Source: an uncultured Collinsella sp.
GTDB taxonomy: Bacteria > Actinomycetota > Coriobacteriia > Coriobacteriales > Coriobacteriaceae
Length of the DNA: 64,000 nt
Direction: 5' to 3'
Assembly: GCA_900544095.1 (NCBI GenBank)
Contig: UQTV01000006.1
Coordinates: forward strand, 32,184-96,183
Part shown: piece by piece, positions 18,477 to 29,276 of the stretch
Layout: every line of letters begins with the position of its first letter
Position numbering within the stretch: position 1 is the first letter of the stretch
Made by a program: the position numbers and the translations under genes
Notes under the pieces: model-generated
Told to the model about the DNA's origin: nothing
The model's database searches: none
The model's input: the letters and a program-made list of their open reading frames with translations, nothing else

Positions 18477-18567
18477 TGGCGGAGGAGGAGGGATTCGAAC
18501 CCTCGTGACCTTATACAGGCCAAACGGTTTTCGAGACCGCCGCATTCAACCACTCTGCCACCCCTCC
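18477..18567 (-). tRNA. tRNA-Ser (CGA), CCA encoded
   Basis: The reverse complement reads GGAGGGGTGGCAGAGTGGTTGAATGC, with anticodon loop CTCGAAA, a long variable arm and GGGTTCGAATCCCTCCTCCTCCGCCA. Confidence 0.93.
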
Positions 18568-18615
18568 GCGTGGGGTAAAAACAAAGCAGGCACTAAGGCC
18601 TGCTTTGGAATTAAC

Positions 18616-18706
18616 TGGCGGAGAGTCAGGGATTTGAACCCTGGAGACGCTTTTGACGCCTACACGATTTCCAATCGTGCTCCTTCGGCCACTCGGACAA
18701 CTCTCC
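18616..18706 (-). tRNA. tRNA-Ser (GGA), CCA encoded
   Basis: The reverse complement reads GGAGAGTTGTCCGAGTGGCCGAAGGAGCACGATTGGAAATCGTG, with a long variable arm and GGGTTCAAATCCCTGACTCTCCGCCA. Confidence 0.93.
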
Positions 18707-19210
18707 GTTAAATGCGAAAGTCAGTATACACGAGGAACCGCAAAGTGCAAACAGAAAAGTTGGCATTTTTTAAAACGCTTGGCCGCGCTTGTCGTTGCAG
18801 TGGGGTTTGAGGTGCCAAAAAACGGCTTCCGACCAGCGTGGTTGATTAACTCAATTGTTCAAAAGGGGTATTCATAAGCGACTTGGCAATGAATTTAAAA
18901 ATCTTTGGGTGGCGCTGTGGACCACTGGTATGCATTTTGCGACCACAGCCTTGTGCCCGTTGACCTGTGGCTTGGCTCAGCTTGTCCCCGCGGCGTCGTA
19001 TCTTGTCCACAAATCCGTCAAGCACTTGGTCAGCATTTGGTTGGAAGACGCATGAAACGTCGTGCGAGTATGGGCATATGTGGAGGTCATGAGGTTGTAG
19101 CTGCATATTCTTGCGGCCTAGGAGGTTGAAAGATATTATTACCAAGTCTTTTCCTGCTTCAGGCGCACCTTCACGACCTGAAGCCACATTTGCCCAGAGG
19201 AGGTGACAAT

Positions 19211-19504
19211 ATGAAGGCTTATGAACTGCTGTTCTTTGTTGACCCGTCGCTCGACCCCGAGACTCGTCTCGCTGTTATGAAGCGTATCGATACCACGATC
19301 GCTGAGGGCGCTGGCAAGGTCGACTCCGTTGACGACTGGGGCAAGCGCAAGCTCGCCTACGAGATCAACGACCTCACCGATGGTGACTACACCCTCATCA
19401 ACTTCCACGCAGATCCTACCCAGATCGCCGAGCTTGATCGCATCCTGCGCATCACCGACGCTGTGGTCCGCCACATGATCGTCCGTCGCGACGACCAGGA
19501 GTAA
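19211..19504 (+). CDS. rpsF: 30S ribosomal protein S6
   Basis: MKAYELLFFVDPSLDPE, WGKRKLAYEI and DGDYTLINF. The start was trimmed to the Met after a GGAGGTG RBS. Confidence 0.93.
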   Translation: MKAYELLFFVDPSLDPETRLAVMKRIDTTIAEGAGKVDSVDDWGKRKLAYEINDLTDGDYTLINFHADPTQIAELDRILRITDAVVRHMIVRRDDQE

Positions 19505-19552
19505 GACTGTCGTTTTGGACTGGGCTTGTGCCCCAAGAGGAAGTAGTGAGTT

Positions 19553-20005
19553 ATGAGCATCAATCGAGTGAACATCACCGGTAACCTCACCCGCGATCCC
19601 GAGCTGCGCGCCACCGCCGGCGGAACACAGGTTCTGTCCTTTGGCGTCGCCGTCAACGATCGTCGCCGTAACGCGCAGACTGGCGAGTGGGAGGACTATC
19701 CCAACTTTGTCGACTGCACTATGTTCGGCACCCGCGCCGAGGCCGTGAGCCGTTTCCTGGCAAAGGGAAACAAGGTCGCGATCGAGGGCAAGCTGCGCTA
19801 CAGCTCTTGGGAGCGCGACGGCCAGCGCCGGAGCAAGCTTGAGGTCATCGTCGATGAGATCGAGTTTATGAGCTCCCGTGGTGGCCAGGGTGGCTACGAT
19901 CAGGGCGGTTATGCCCCCGCAGCTCCCGCGCCTGCAGCACGTCCTGCCGCACCGGTGGCTACGCCGCCCGCGGTCGACGTCTACGATGAGGACATCCCGT
20001 TCTAA
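19553..20005 (+). CDS. ssb: single-stranded DNA-binding protein
   Basis: The OB fold begins MSINRVNITGNLTRDPELR, followed by a G/Q/P/A-rich tail ending in the DEDIPF tip. Confidence 0.93.
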   Translation: MSINRVNITGNLTRDPELRATAGGTQVLSFGVAVNDRRRNAQTGEWEDYPNFVDCTMFGTRAEAVSRFLAKGNKVAIEGKLRYSSWERDGQRRSKLEVIVDEIEFMSSRGGQGGYDQGGYAPAAPAPAARPAAPVATPPAVDVYDEDIPF

Positions 20006-20077
20006 GGGTTGTTCACCTATTTTTGAGTGAGAGGCGGCTTCGGTTCGCCGAAGTTGCCAAATGAAAGGTATTTTGAC

Positions 20078-20344
20078 ATGGCTAATGATTTTTCTGCACG
20101 TCAGCCGCGTCGTAAGTACTGCCAGTTCTGCAAGGAGAACACTGAGTTCATCGACTATAAGGACACTCAGCTTCTCCGTAAGTACATGACCGATCGTGGC
20201 AAGATCAAGCCCCGTCGCGTCACTGGCGCTTGCACGCAGCATCAGCATGACATCGCCAACGCCATCAAGCGCGCCCGCGAGATGGCTCTCCTGCCGTACA
20301 CCGTCCCCGTGGTTTCCTCTCGTGGCAACCGCGACCGCGGCTAA
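20078..20344 (+). CDS. rpsR: 30S ribosomal protein S18
   Basis: [64 protein letters not shown]. The start was trimmed to MANDF. Confidence 0.93.
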   Translation: MANDFSARQPRRKYCQFCKENTEFIDYKDTQLLRKYMTDRGKIKPRRVTGACTQHQHDIANAIKRAREMALLPYTVPVVSSRGNRDRG

Positions 20345-20359
20345 GAAGGGAGACGCATC

Positions 20360-20899
20360 ATGAAGGTTATTCTTCTCGATGAGATCAAGGGCAAGGGCGG
20401 CGAGGGTGACGTCGTAGAGGTCGCTCAGGGTTACGCTGAGAACTTCCTGTTCCCCAAGAAGCTCGCTGTTGCCGCCACCAAGGGCAACCTCAAGCAGCTT
20501 GACGAGCGTCGCAACAACATCGCCAAGCGCGAGGCCGTCCGCCTGGCTACCGCCAACGAGACCAAGGCTGCCTTCGAGGGCAAGACGGTCACCGTTGACG
20601 TCAAGGTCGGCGACGAGGGCATCCTCTTTGGCTCCGTTACCGCCGCTATGATCGCTGACGCCATCAAGGCTCAGCTCGGTATGGACATCGACCGCAAGCG
20701 CGTCGAGCTCGGTAAGCCCATCAAGGTTGCCGGTGCCCACACCGTTGCCATCTCGCTGTACCGCGAGATCAAGGCCGAGGTTGTCGTTCTCGTCGGCGTT
20801 ACCGCCGAGGAGCTCGCTGCCGAGGCTGAGGTCGAGGAGGCCGCTGAGGTCGCCGAGGCCGAGACCGCCGAGGTCGAGACTGAGGCTGCTGCCGAGTAG
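20360..20899 (+). CDS. rplI: 50S ribosomal protein L9 with acidic A/E-rich C-terminal extension
   Basis: MKVILLDEIKGKGGEGDVVEVAQGYAENFLFPKKLA, followed by the tail EELAAEAEVEEAAEVAEAETAEVETEAAAE. Confidence 0.93.
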   Translation: MKVILLDEIKGKGGEGDVVEVAQGYAENFLFPKKLAVAATKGNLKQLDERRNNIAKREAVRLATANETKAAFEGKTVTVDVKVGDEGILFGSVTAAMIADAIKAQLGMDIDRKRVELGKPIKVAGAHTVAISLYREIKAEVVVLVGVTAEELAAEAEVEEAAEVAEAETAEVETEAAAE

Positions 20900-20931
20900 C
20901 ATTTGCTGCAACGCAACAATCTTGTTCTAAG

Positions 20932-20969
20932 AAGGGCGCTCTGGGAAACCAGGGCGCCCTTTTGTTTTA
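20932..20969 (+). terminator. rho-independent terminator after rplI
   Basis: AAGGGCGCTCTGG-GAAA-CCAGGGCGCCCTT followed by TTGTTTT. Confidence 0.75.
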
Positions 20970-21125
20970 TTTGCGCTGAGTGAGTGTCATGGTGAACGTT
21001 GCGTCGAAGTCCTATACACAGGACCGTTCATCCGTTTGGTTCGGTGATGATTGGCGGCGCGCGGCGCGTTTTGGGACCGTGGCTGATACTATGGATGCTC
21101 GCAAGCGATATGAATGAGGATGCTC

Positions 21126-22517
21126 ATGGCATACGACGATAGGGAGACCGGGCTGACGGTTGAGGACCGCGGCTCAAAGTTGGGTCTTCCCCAAAACCAA
21201 GATGCAGAGGCCAATGTACTGGCCGCTATGCTGCTATCGCCCGAGGTAGTCGAAGAGGCCCAGGTCGAGCTGCAGCCCGATGACTTCTACCGGCCCATTC
21301 ATAAGACCATCTATACCGCGATGGTCGATATGTACAACAGCCGCATTCCCATCGACTCCATCTCGCTGATCGATTACCTGCGAAGCATCAACAAGCTTGA
21401 TGCCGTGGGCGGCGAGGCGTACATTTTGGAGCTGATGGGTCAGACTCTGTCGCTCGTGAACTGGCAGCATCATGCCGCTATCGTTCGCCGCGATTCGATG
21501 CTGCGTGAGTTGATCGGCGCCACCAACGAGATCAACGCGCTGGCATATAACGCCCCCACCGATACCAAAGAGGTCGTGGAGCTGGCCGAGAGCAAGTTGC
21601 TCAAGGTTACGGCGCGCGAGGTCAAGTCGAGCTACAAGACGTTGACTGAGTTTATGGTCGAAGCCTATAACGAGGCCGAGGAAGTGTGCCAGGCCGGTGG
21701 TCAGGCGGCGGGCGTGCCCACCGGCTTTCCGTCACTCGACCGCATGCTCATGGGTTTTCGCGAGGGCCAGCTCATCATCATCGGCGCCCGCCCTGCTGTG
21801 GGTAAGACGTCGTTCGCCCTGAATCTGGCGCTCAACGCTGCCGCTGCCGGTTATACCGTCGGCTTCTTCTCTCTGGAGATGTCGGGCAAGGAAATTGCCC
21901 AGCGTCTGATTTGCGCCTACGCCATGATCTCGATCAGTGACTTCCGCATGGGCCGCATTAGCCCCGAGCAGTGGGCCAATATCAACGAGGCCACGCAGAC
22001 CTTGTCCAAGCTCGATATTCTGATTGACGATACGCCCGGCACCACGGTGACCGAGATTCGCGCCAAGAGCCGCCGCATGCTCCACAACAAGGAGAAGGCC
22101 ATCATCATCCTGGACTACCTGCAGCTGGTGAGTCCTCCGCCGGGACGCCGCTCCGAGAGCCGTACCGTCGAGGTCTCCGAGATGTCGCGTGGTCTGAAGA
22201 TCATGGCCAAGGAGCTCAAGATCCCGCTCATCGCGCTATCGCAGCTCTCGCGTCAGGTCGAATCCCGTACCGGCAAGCGCCCGCAGCTTTCCGACCTTCG
22301 TGAATCGGGCTCCATCGAGCAGGACGCCGATATCGTTATGTTCTTGGACCGCTCCGCCGACGAGGCCGAAGCCTCGCGCGACGATCGACCCGACGAGGGC
22401 ATTACGCGTATCGTCGTGGCCAAGAACCGTTCGGGCCCGATCGGCGACGTCGACCTGATGTTCCTGCCGGCATCCACCAAGTTCTATGAGCTTGATGGGG
22501 CACATGCCGAGGAGTAG
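21126..22517 (+). CDS. dnaB: replicative DNA helicase DnaB
   Basis: N-terminal PQNQDAEANVLAAMLL, Walker A GARPAVGKTSFALN, and RecA-like motifs IILDYLQL, SQLSRQVE and LRESGSIEQDAD. The start at 21126 follows a GAGGA RBS, and the track ORF begins at 21114. Confidence 0.93.
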   Translation: MAYDDRETGLTVEDRGSKLGLPQNQDAEANVLAAMLLSPEVVEEAQVELQPDDFYRPIHKTIYTAMVDMYNSRIPIDSISLIDYLRSINKLDAVGGEAYILELMGQTLSLVNWQHHAAIVRRDSMLRELIGATNEINALAYNAPTDTKEVVELAESKLLKVTAREVKSSYKTLTEFMVEAYNEAEEVCQAGGQAAGVPTGFPSLDRMLMGFREGQLIIIGARPAVGKTSFALNLALNAAAAGYTVGFFSLEMSGKEIAQRLICAYAMISISDFRMGRISPEQWANINEATQTLSKLDILIDDTPGTTVTEIRAKSRRMLHNKEKAIIILDYLQLVSPPPGRRSESRTVEVSEMSRGLKIMAKELKIPLIALSQLSRQVESRTGKRPQLSDLRESGSIEQDADIVMFLDRSADEAEASRDDRPDEGITRIVVAKNRSGPIGDVDLMFLPASTKFYELDGAHAEE

Positions 22518-22601
22518 GACAGGCGCCCGTTGCACGGGTATACTGGGAATGTTTTGTGCTTCTGCGTGCCGGCGTGGCGCGTAGACAGTCCATGAATGTA
22601 A

Positions 22602-23897
<1,296 letters not shown>

Positions 23898-24015
23898 TCG
23901 GGACTATTTGGTTTTTGCGATATACCCCTTTGCAGCCCAAGTGGGCGGCCGAGGGGTATATTTGCTTGCAAAGGGCTCGCGCGGAGCGGGCTATTCATCC
24001 ATAGAGGAGGCACCC

Positions 24016-25320
24016 TTGAAGGCGGACACTCAAACCATCGACATCCTGTTGTTGGGCAGCGGCGGCCGCGAGCATGCTTTGGCAGCAAAGCTCGCAGCAT
24101 CACCGCGCGCCGGCAAGCTCTACATCGCGCCGGGCAACGGCGGCACCGCGAGCTGCGGCGAGAACGTTGTTCTCGATGACTGCGATCCTGCGGCCGTGGC
24201 GGCGTTTGCTCAGAGCCGCGGATGCGGACTCGTGGTAATTGGCCCCGAGGCTCCGCTTGTGGCGGGCGTTGCCGACGCCGTGCGCGCGGCGGGTATTCCC
24301 TGCTTTGGCCCGGGTGCCGAGGGTGCCCAGATGGAGGGCTCCAAGCTATTCTCCAAGCAGCTCATGGAGCGTGCGGGCATTCCGACGGCAGCCTACGGCT
24401 CGTTTACCGACGAGGCTTCGGCTCTCGCCTACGTGCGCGAGCAGGGTGCCCCGCTGGTCGTCAAGGCCGACGGCCTTGCCGCGGGCAAGGGCGTTATCGT
24501 GGCGACCGAACTTGAGCAGGCCGAGGAGGCCGTGCGCGAGTGCTTTGGCGGCACCTTTGGCGATGCCGGCAACACCGTGGTTATCGAGGAGATGCTCGTT
24601 GGTCCCGAGTGCTCGCTGCTGGCCTTTACCGACGGCAAGACCGTGCGCCCCATGGCCACCTCGCAGGACCACAAGCGCGCGCTCGAGGGCGACAAGGGCC
24701 CCAACACCGGTGGCATGGGCGTCTACAGCCCGGTGCCCATCGTGACTGACGAGGAGCACGCCACCATGGTGAAGGTCATGGAGCAGACCGTGGCCGAGCT
24801 CGCTGCCGAGGGTATCGACTACCGCGGCTGCCTGTACGGCGGCTTTATGCTCACGCCTGCCGGCCCCAAGGTGCTGGAGTTCAATGCCCGCTTTGGCGAC
24901 CCCGAGACGCAGGTCGTGCTGCCGCGCCTTAAGAACGACCTGGTCGAGGTCATGCTGGCTTGTGCCAACTGCGAGCTCGATCAGATTGAACTCGACTGGC
25001 GCGACGAGTGGGCCGTGGCCGTTGTCCTGACGAGCGCGGGCTATCCCGGCAGCTACGAGAAGGGCAAGGTTATCACCGGTATCGCCGATGCCGAGGCCAT
25101 GGAGAACGTGACCGTGTACCACGCGGGCACTGCCGTGGTGGACGGCCAGCTCGTGACCAATGGTGGCCGCGTACTTGCCGTGACCGCTCTGGGCGACACG
25201 TTCGAGAACGCTCGCAACCTTGCCTACGAGGCCTGCGAGAAGATTGATTTTGAGGGCAAGACCCTGCGTCACGACATCGGCCTGCGCGCGCTGCGCGGCC
25301 GCGACGCCTGGGATGCCTAA
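24016..25320 (+). CDS. purD: phosphoribosylamine-glycine ligase
   Basis: [17 protein letters not shown] and an ATP-grasp core ([20 protein letters not shown]). A TTG start at 24016 follows GAGGAGG. The track ORF from 23848 overlaps purA and is rejected as an extension. Confidence 0.9.
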   Translation: MKADTQTIDILLLGSGGREHALAAKLAASPRAGKLYIAPGNGGTASCGENVVLDDCDPAAVAAFAQSRGCGLVVIGPEAPLVAGVADAVRAAGIPCFGPGAEGAQMEGSKLFSKQLMERAGIPTAAYGSFTDEASALAYVREQGAPLVVKADGLAAGKGVIVATELEQAEEAVRECFGGTFGDAGNTVVIEEMLVGPECSLLAFTDGKTVRPMATSQDHKRALEGDKGPNTGGMGVYSPVPIVTDEEHATMVKVMEQTVAELAAEGIDYRGCLYGGFMLTPAGPKVLEFNARFGDPETQVVLPRLKNDLVEVMLACANCELDQIELDWRDEWAVAVVLTSAGYPGSYEKGKVITGIADAEAMENVTVYHAGTAVVDGQLVTNGGRVLAVTALGDTFENARNLAYEACEKIDFEGKTLRHDIGLRALRGRDAWDA

Positions 25321-25332
25321 AATCCGAGAGGA

Positions 25333-26037
25333 ATGAGACGGATGGACGAGAAGAACGAAGAACTCGTGGACGCGCAGATCGTCGAGGAGGACAGCCGCAT
25401 GTATGGGCACGCCGAGGGCGAGCCTGGTGGCGAGGTCGCTGACGAGCCGGCGCTGGTGCTGGGCGACGACGACCCGCACGATGCCGAGCTGCACGAGAAG
25501 ATTCTTTCGGAGGAGTGCGCCTGGAAGGGCAAGATCCTCGACGTCCACCGTCTTGAGGTTGAGCTGCCCAACGGTCGCCGCAGCGCCCGCGATATCGTTC
25601 GCCATCCGGGTGCGGCGGCCGTTGTGGCGCTGACCGAGAGCGGCAAGATCGTACTGGTGCGTCAGTACCGCACCGCCATCGACCGCGTGACGGTCGAGAT
25701 TCCCGCCGGCAAGCTCGATCTAGGCGAGGACCCGCTCGATTGCGCCAAGCGCGAACTGCATGAGGAGACGGGCTTTAGGGCTGGTCGTATTCGCTTTTTG
25801 ACGTCGATTGTCACGTCCTGCGGTTTTTGCGATGAGATCATCCACATCTACTTGGCTACCAAGCTCGAGTTTGATGCGCCCAACCCCGACGATGACGAGT
25901 TTGTCAACGTGGACCTGGTGCCACTGCACGAGCTGATCGATGCCGTGCTCGACGGCAAGATCGAAGACGCCAAGACCGTCGTGGGCGCACTTGCCTGCGA
26001 CAGCATCGCGCACCGCTTGGGTGGGGCAGATCTTTAA
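25333..26037 (+). CDS. NUDIX hydrolase (ADP-ribose pyrophosphatase-like) with acidic N-terminal extension
   Basis: Nudix box GKLDLGEDPLDCAKRELHEETGF in a NudF-like context (IVRHPGAAAVVAL, LVRQYR). Confidence 0.85.
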   Translation: MRRMDEKNEELVDAQIVEEDSRMYGHAEGEPGGEVADEPALVLGDDDPHDAELHEKILSEECAWKGKILDVHRLEVELPNGRRSARDIVRHPGAAAVVALTESGKIVLVRQYRTAIDRVTVEIPAGKLDLGEDPLDCAKRELHEETGFRAGRIRFLTSIVTSCGFCDEIIHIYLATKLEFDAPNPDDDEFVNVDLVPLHELIDAVLDGKIEDAKTVVGALACDSIAHRLGGADL

Positions 26038-26122
26038 CGAGTAGGGATGATCCCGCAGGTTTGTGTAAGTCAGCGAAAGTGCTCCATTTGAGACAAGGTG
26101 GCCTAAAAGAGGAGGGAAGCGT

Positions 26123-27994
26123 ATGGATATACGCGACCGACGATTGAAGGCCAGATTGTCCAAATGGAGCACTTGCAGCGTCGAGACGAAACGCGGTTTG
26201 GTAAAACCGTGTAAGGTGACTATGTTTAAGAGGTTTCTTTCGTATTACGAGCCCCAGATGGGGCTTTTTGTTGCTGATACTGTTTGCGCTCTGGTGCTTG
26301 CCGCCATTGACCTGGCGTTCCCCATCATCCTGCGCAATTTGACCGGTGGGCTATTTACTCAGGGTCAGGCTGCCATTATGCAGGCGCTCGGCATGATCGC
26401 GGTGGGCTTGGTGTTGATGTATGCCGTCCGCTGTGCCTGCCGCTACTTTGTGAGCTATTGGGGTCACGTGATGGGCGCGCGCATGGAGTCCAAGATGCGC
26501 GAGGACCTGTTCGACCAGTATGAGCGCTTTAGCTTTGCGTACTTCGATCGCAACAGCTCGGGCGACATGATGAGCCGCGTGGTCAACGACCTGTTCGATA
26601 TCTGCGAGGCGGCGCACCACGTGCCCGAATGGATCATTATCTGCGGTATCGAGATCATCGGCTCGTTTGTGATTCTGTTTACCATCGCGCCGGTGCTCGC
26701 ACTCGCCATGGCTGTGGTGACGGTGGTGTTCGCGGTCATTATGTTTTGGCAGAACATGCGCATGCGCGAGGTCTTTAGCGATAACCGCAAAAAGATTAGC
26801 GGCATCAACGCGCAGCTGCAGGATTCGCTGGCGGGCATGCGTGTGGTCAAGAGCTTTGCCAATGAGCAGACCGAGCGCTCTAAGTTTCGCGCCTCGAACA
26901 ATCGCTACCTTTCGTCCAAGGAGAACATGTATCACGCCATGGGCGTCTATACCGCGACGTATGGCCTGCTCTCGGGAGTGCTTTATGTGATCGTGGTGCT
27001 GCTGGGCGGTTGGCTCGTTGCCCAGGGTCAGCTGCAGGCGGTCGATATGGCAACCTTCGCACTCTACATTTCGCTGTTCTGCACGCCGCTCGAGACGCTC
27101 GTCAATTCGGCTGAGACGTATCAGAAAGCCATCGCCGGCTTTAAGCGCATGGATGAGGTGCTCTCGACTGTCCCCGATATTCAGGATAAGCCGGGTGCTG
27201 CGGATCTGCAGGTGACGGCTGGTGCTGTGGAGTACCGCGACGTGTGCTTTAGCTACGAGGATGTTGAATTGGCCGAGCGCGGCGCCGACGGACGCCCTGT
27301 TATCGACCACATGGACCTGTCCATCAAGCCCGGTCAGACCATCGCTTTGGTTGGCCCCTCGGGCGGCGGCAAATCGACGACTTGTTCGCTGTTGCCGCGC
27401 TTTTACGACGTTGCCGCCGGCTCCATTAGCATCGACGGCCAGGATGTGCGCGACGTGACGCAGCATAGTCTGCGCCGTGCCATCGGCCTGGTGCAGCAAG
27501 ATGTGTACCTGTTTGATGGAACGATCGGCGAGAACATCGCCTACGGCAAGCCGGGCGCCACGGCAGAAGAGATCGCCGAAGCGGCCCGCCGCGCCAATAT
27601 TGATACCTTTATCGAATCGCTTCCGCAAGGCTACGACACCGTGGTGGGCGAGCGCGGCAGCCGTCTTTCGGGTGGTCAAAAGCAGCGCGTCGCCATCGCG
27701 CGCGTTTTTCTCAAGAATCCCAAGATCCTTATTTTGGATGAGGCGACGAGTGCCCTGGATAACGAGAGCGAGGAAGCGGTGCAGGAGTCGCTCGAAGAGC
27801 TGGCACGCGGCCGTACCACGATCATCATCGCCCACCGTCTCTCGACTATTAAGCATGCTGACGAGATTGCGACCGTTGAGCATGGTCGCGTTGTGGAACG
27901 TGGCACGCACGAGGAGCTTCTCGCCCGTGGCGGCACCTATGCCCGTTACTATCGAATGCAGTTCGAAGGTGCGCGTGCGCACGAGCTCGACTGA
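26123..27994 (+). CDS. ABC exporter, fused permease/ATPase (MsbA/MdlB-like)
   Basis: Six-TM exporter domain, then Walker A GPSGGGKST, the signature LSGGQKQR and Walker B ILILDEATSALD. A strong GAGGAGG RBS precedes 26123. An alternative start at 26222 (MFKRFLSYY) fits the family N-terminus better. Confidence 0.88.
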   Translation: MDIRDRRLKARLSKWSTCSVETKRGLVKPCKVTMFKRFLSYYEPQMGLFVADTVCALVLAAIDLAFPIILRNLTGGLFTQGQAAIMQALGMIAVGLVLMYAVRCACRYFVSYWGHVMGARMESKMREDLFDQYERFSFAYFDRNSSGDMMSRVVNDLFDICEAAHHVPEWIIICGIEIIGSFVILFTIAPVLALAMAVVTVVFAVIMFWQNMRMREVFSDNRKKISGINAQLQDSLAGMRVVKSFANEQTERSKFRASNNRYLSSKENMYHAMGVYTATYGLLSGVLYVIVVLLGGWLVAQGQLQAVDMATFALYISLFCTPLETLVNSAETYQKAIAGFKRMDEVLSTVPDIQDKPGAADLQVTAGAVEYRDVCFSYEDVELAERGADGRPVIDHMDLSIKPGQTIALVGPSGGGKSTTCSLLPRFYDVAAGSISIDGQDVRDVTQHSLRRAIGLVQQDVYLFDGTIGENIAYGKPGATAEEIAEAARRANIDTFIESLPQGYDTVVGERGSRLSGGQKQRVAIARVFLKNPKILILDEATSALDNESEEAVQESLEELARGRTTIIIAHRLSTIKHADEIATVEHGRVVERGTHEELLARGGTYARYYRMQFEGARAHELD

Positions 27995-28013
27995 TTGATA
28001 TGACAGGAAGATC

Positions 28014-28979
28014 ATGGCTGATAAGAACCCTTTGACTCCGGAAGAAGTGACGGAGTTATTCTCCGAAATCGATGCATCCGGCGTCTTGGATCCTACGCTC
28101 GCCAAAAAGCGCACCGAGCGCATGCGCGAGAAAGAGGCCGCCGTCAAGCGCGGCGACAAGGCGACGCTGGCGCGGCTGCGCAGCGAGGATCGCGCGAGCC
28201 AGGCAAAACATATCGACCCGCTGTCCGAGGACGACCCTTCGGGCTCGCAGGTGAGCCATACCATTACGAAGACCGCCATGGCCGTGGTTATCGGCATTTT
28301 GGTGCTGATTGTGGGCATGCAGATTGGCTACGGCGTGATGCGACGTCTGAATACCGCGAACCTTTCCGAAAGTGTTTCGGTGGATACCGTTTCGACCGCG
28401 CTCAAGGGTGGACTTGAATGGGGCAATGGCTTTACGCAGTTCCCGCTCGATTTTACCGTCGACGAGGCAGATGAGCGCACGGGCACGGTTGAGGTGACGG
28501 TGCTGGACACGTCTTCTGCCAATGAACTCGAGCTGCTGTCCAACGGTCAGATTCAGGCGGCGGCGCTCGCAACCAACGCCCTGCTCAACGACAAGATCGA
28601 CCGTGTGGTGTATAACGTTCACGCCTATATCGACGAGGACAGCAGGATCCAGCATGATTCCTTCTTTGGCATGTTTCCTGCTCAGGGGCACCAAAGCGCC
28701 ATCCTGACGTTCGTTTGGACCAAGAGCTCGTCCAACGCCACGAGTATCGACTGGAAGATGCGCATCGTAAGCATGGACGACACCATTGCCGAGCGCATTC
28801 AAAAACAGGTCAACTCGGTTTCATCGCTGATCGAGGACCCGGTGGTGAGCCAGACCAAGATCACGGAGGAGCAGGCCGAGCGCGATCTTGAGCATCGTCT
28901 GCACGGTCGAGAGATCTTCCGCGGCGGAAAGCCCGATCGCACGCCGTCCGAGCTGCTGGAGCAGGACAAGCAAAAGTAG
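28014..28979 (+). CDS. hypothetical single-pass membrane protein
   Basis: 321-aa ORF with a good RBS, a charged N-terminus, one TM (AMAVVIGILVLIVGMQIGYGV) and an extracytoplasmic domain. No family recognised. Confidence 0.55.
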   Translation: MADKNPLTPEEVTELFSEIDASGVLDPTLAKKRTERMREKEAAVKRGDKATLARLRSEDRASQAKHIDPLSEDDPSGSQVSHTITKTAMAVVIGILVLIVGMQIGYGVMRRLNTANLSESVSVDTVSTALKGGLEWGNGFTQFPLDFTVDEADERTGTVEVTVLDTSSANELELLSNGQIQAAALATNALLNDKIDRVVYNVHAYIDEDSRIQHDSFFGMFPAQGHQSAILTFVWTKSSSNATSIDWKMRIVSMDDTIAERIQKQVNSVSSLIEDPVVSQTKITEEQAERDLEHRLHGREIFRGGKPDRTPSELLEQDKQK

Positions 28980-29001
28980 TCCGCAGCCACATAGAACGAT
29001 G

Positions 29002-29041
29002 TCATCCCGCGTGAACCGCAAGCCCACGCGGGATGATTTTT
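29002..29041 (+). terminator. rho-independent terminator
   Basis: TCATCCCGCGTG-loop-CACGCGGGATGA followed by TTTTT. Confidence 0.75.
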
Positions 29042-29135
29042 CTGGGACGGGGATTAAAAAATCATTCTGTCATGTATGCGGTTGGCGACAAAGCCCTGCT
29101 CTCAGAATGATTTTTTAATCCCCGTCCCAGAAAAA
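29037..29135. repeat. 99-bp palindromic element with perfect 33-bp inverted repeats
   Basis: TTTTTCTGGGACGGGGATTAAAAAATCATTCTG at 29037-29069 is the exact reverse complement of 29103-29135, with a 33-nt spacer. Confidence 0.85.
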
Positions 29136-29238
29136 TCATTATGCACAGGAAGTCATAATTATCATTTTGTAAACAATTCTATGTAATTAATGCCATGGGC
29201 GATGCTTGCGGTTAGAATACCGCGAGGCCTAACTACAC

Positions 29239-29273
29239 ACCTTTAAGCCGGTCCTGTGAGACCGGGAAGGAGA
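29239..29273 (+). promoter_or_regulatory. candidate PyrR-binding-like hairpin overlapping the carA RBS
   Basis: CCUUUAAGCCGGUCCUGUGAGACCGGGAAGGAG has a CCGGUC/GACCGG stem and flanking CCUU/AAGG. It resembles the PyrR site (UUUAA ... GUCCAGAGAGGC ... AAGG) as I recall it. The match was judged by eye only. Confidence 0.35.
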
Positions 29274-29276
29274 ACT

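Noticed and set aside
18229-18711. 160-aa plus-strand ORF.
   Set aside because: It reads straight through the palindrome, the tRNA fragment and both tRNA-Ser genes (antisense), so it is not coding.
18846-19187. 113-aa minus-strand ORF in the low-GC gap upstream of rpsF.
   Set aside because: It has no recognisable family, no convincing RBS, overlaps two alternative plus-strand ORFs and has atypical composition. It is kept only as part of a finding and is not called as a gene.
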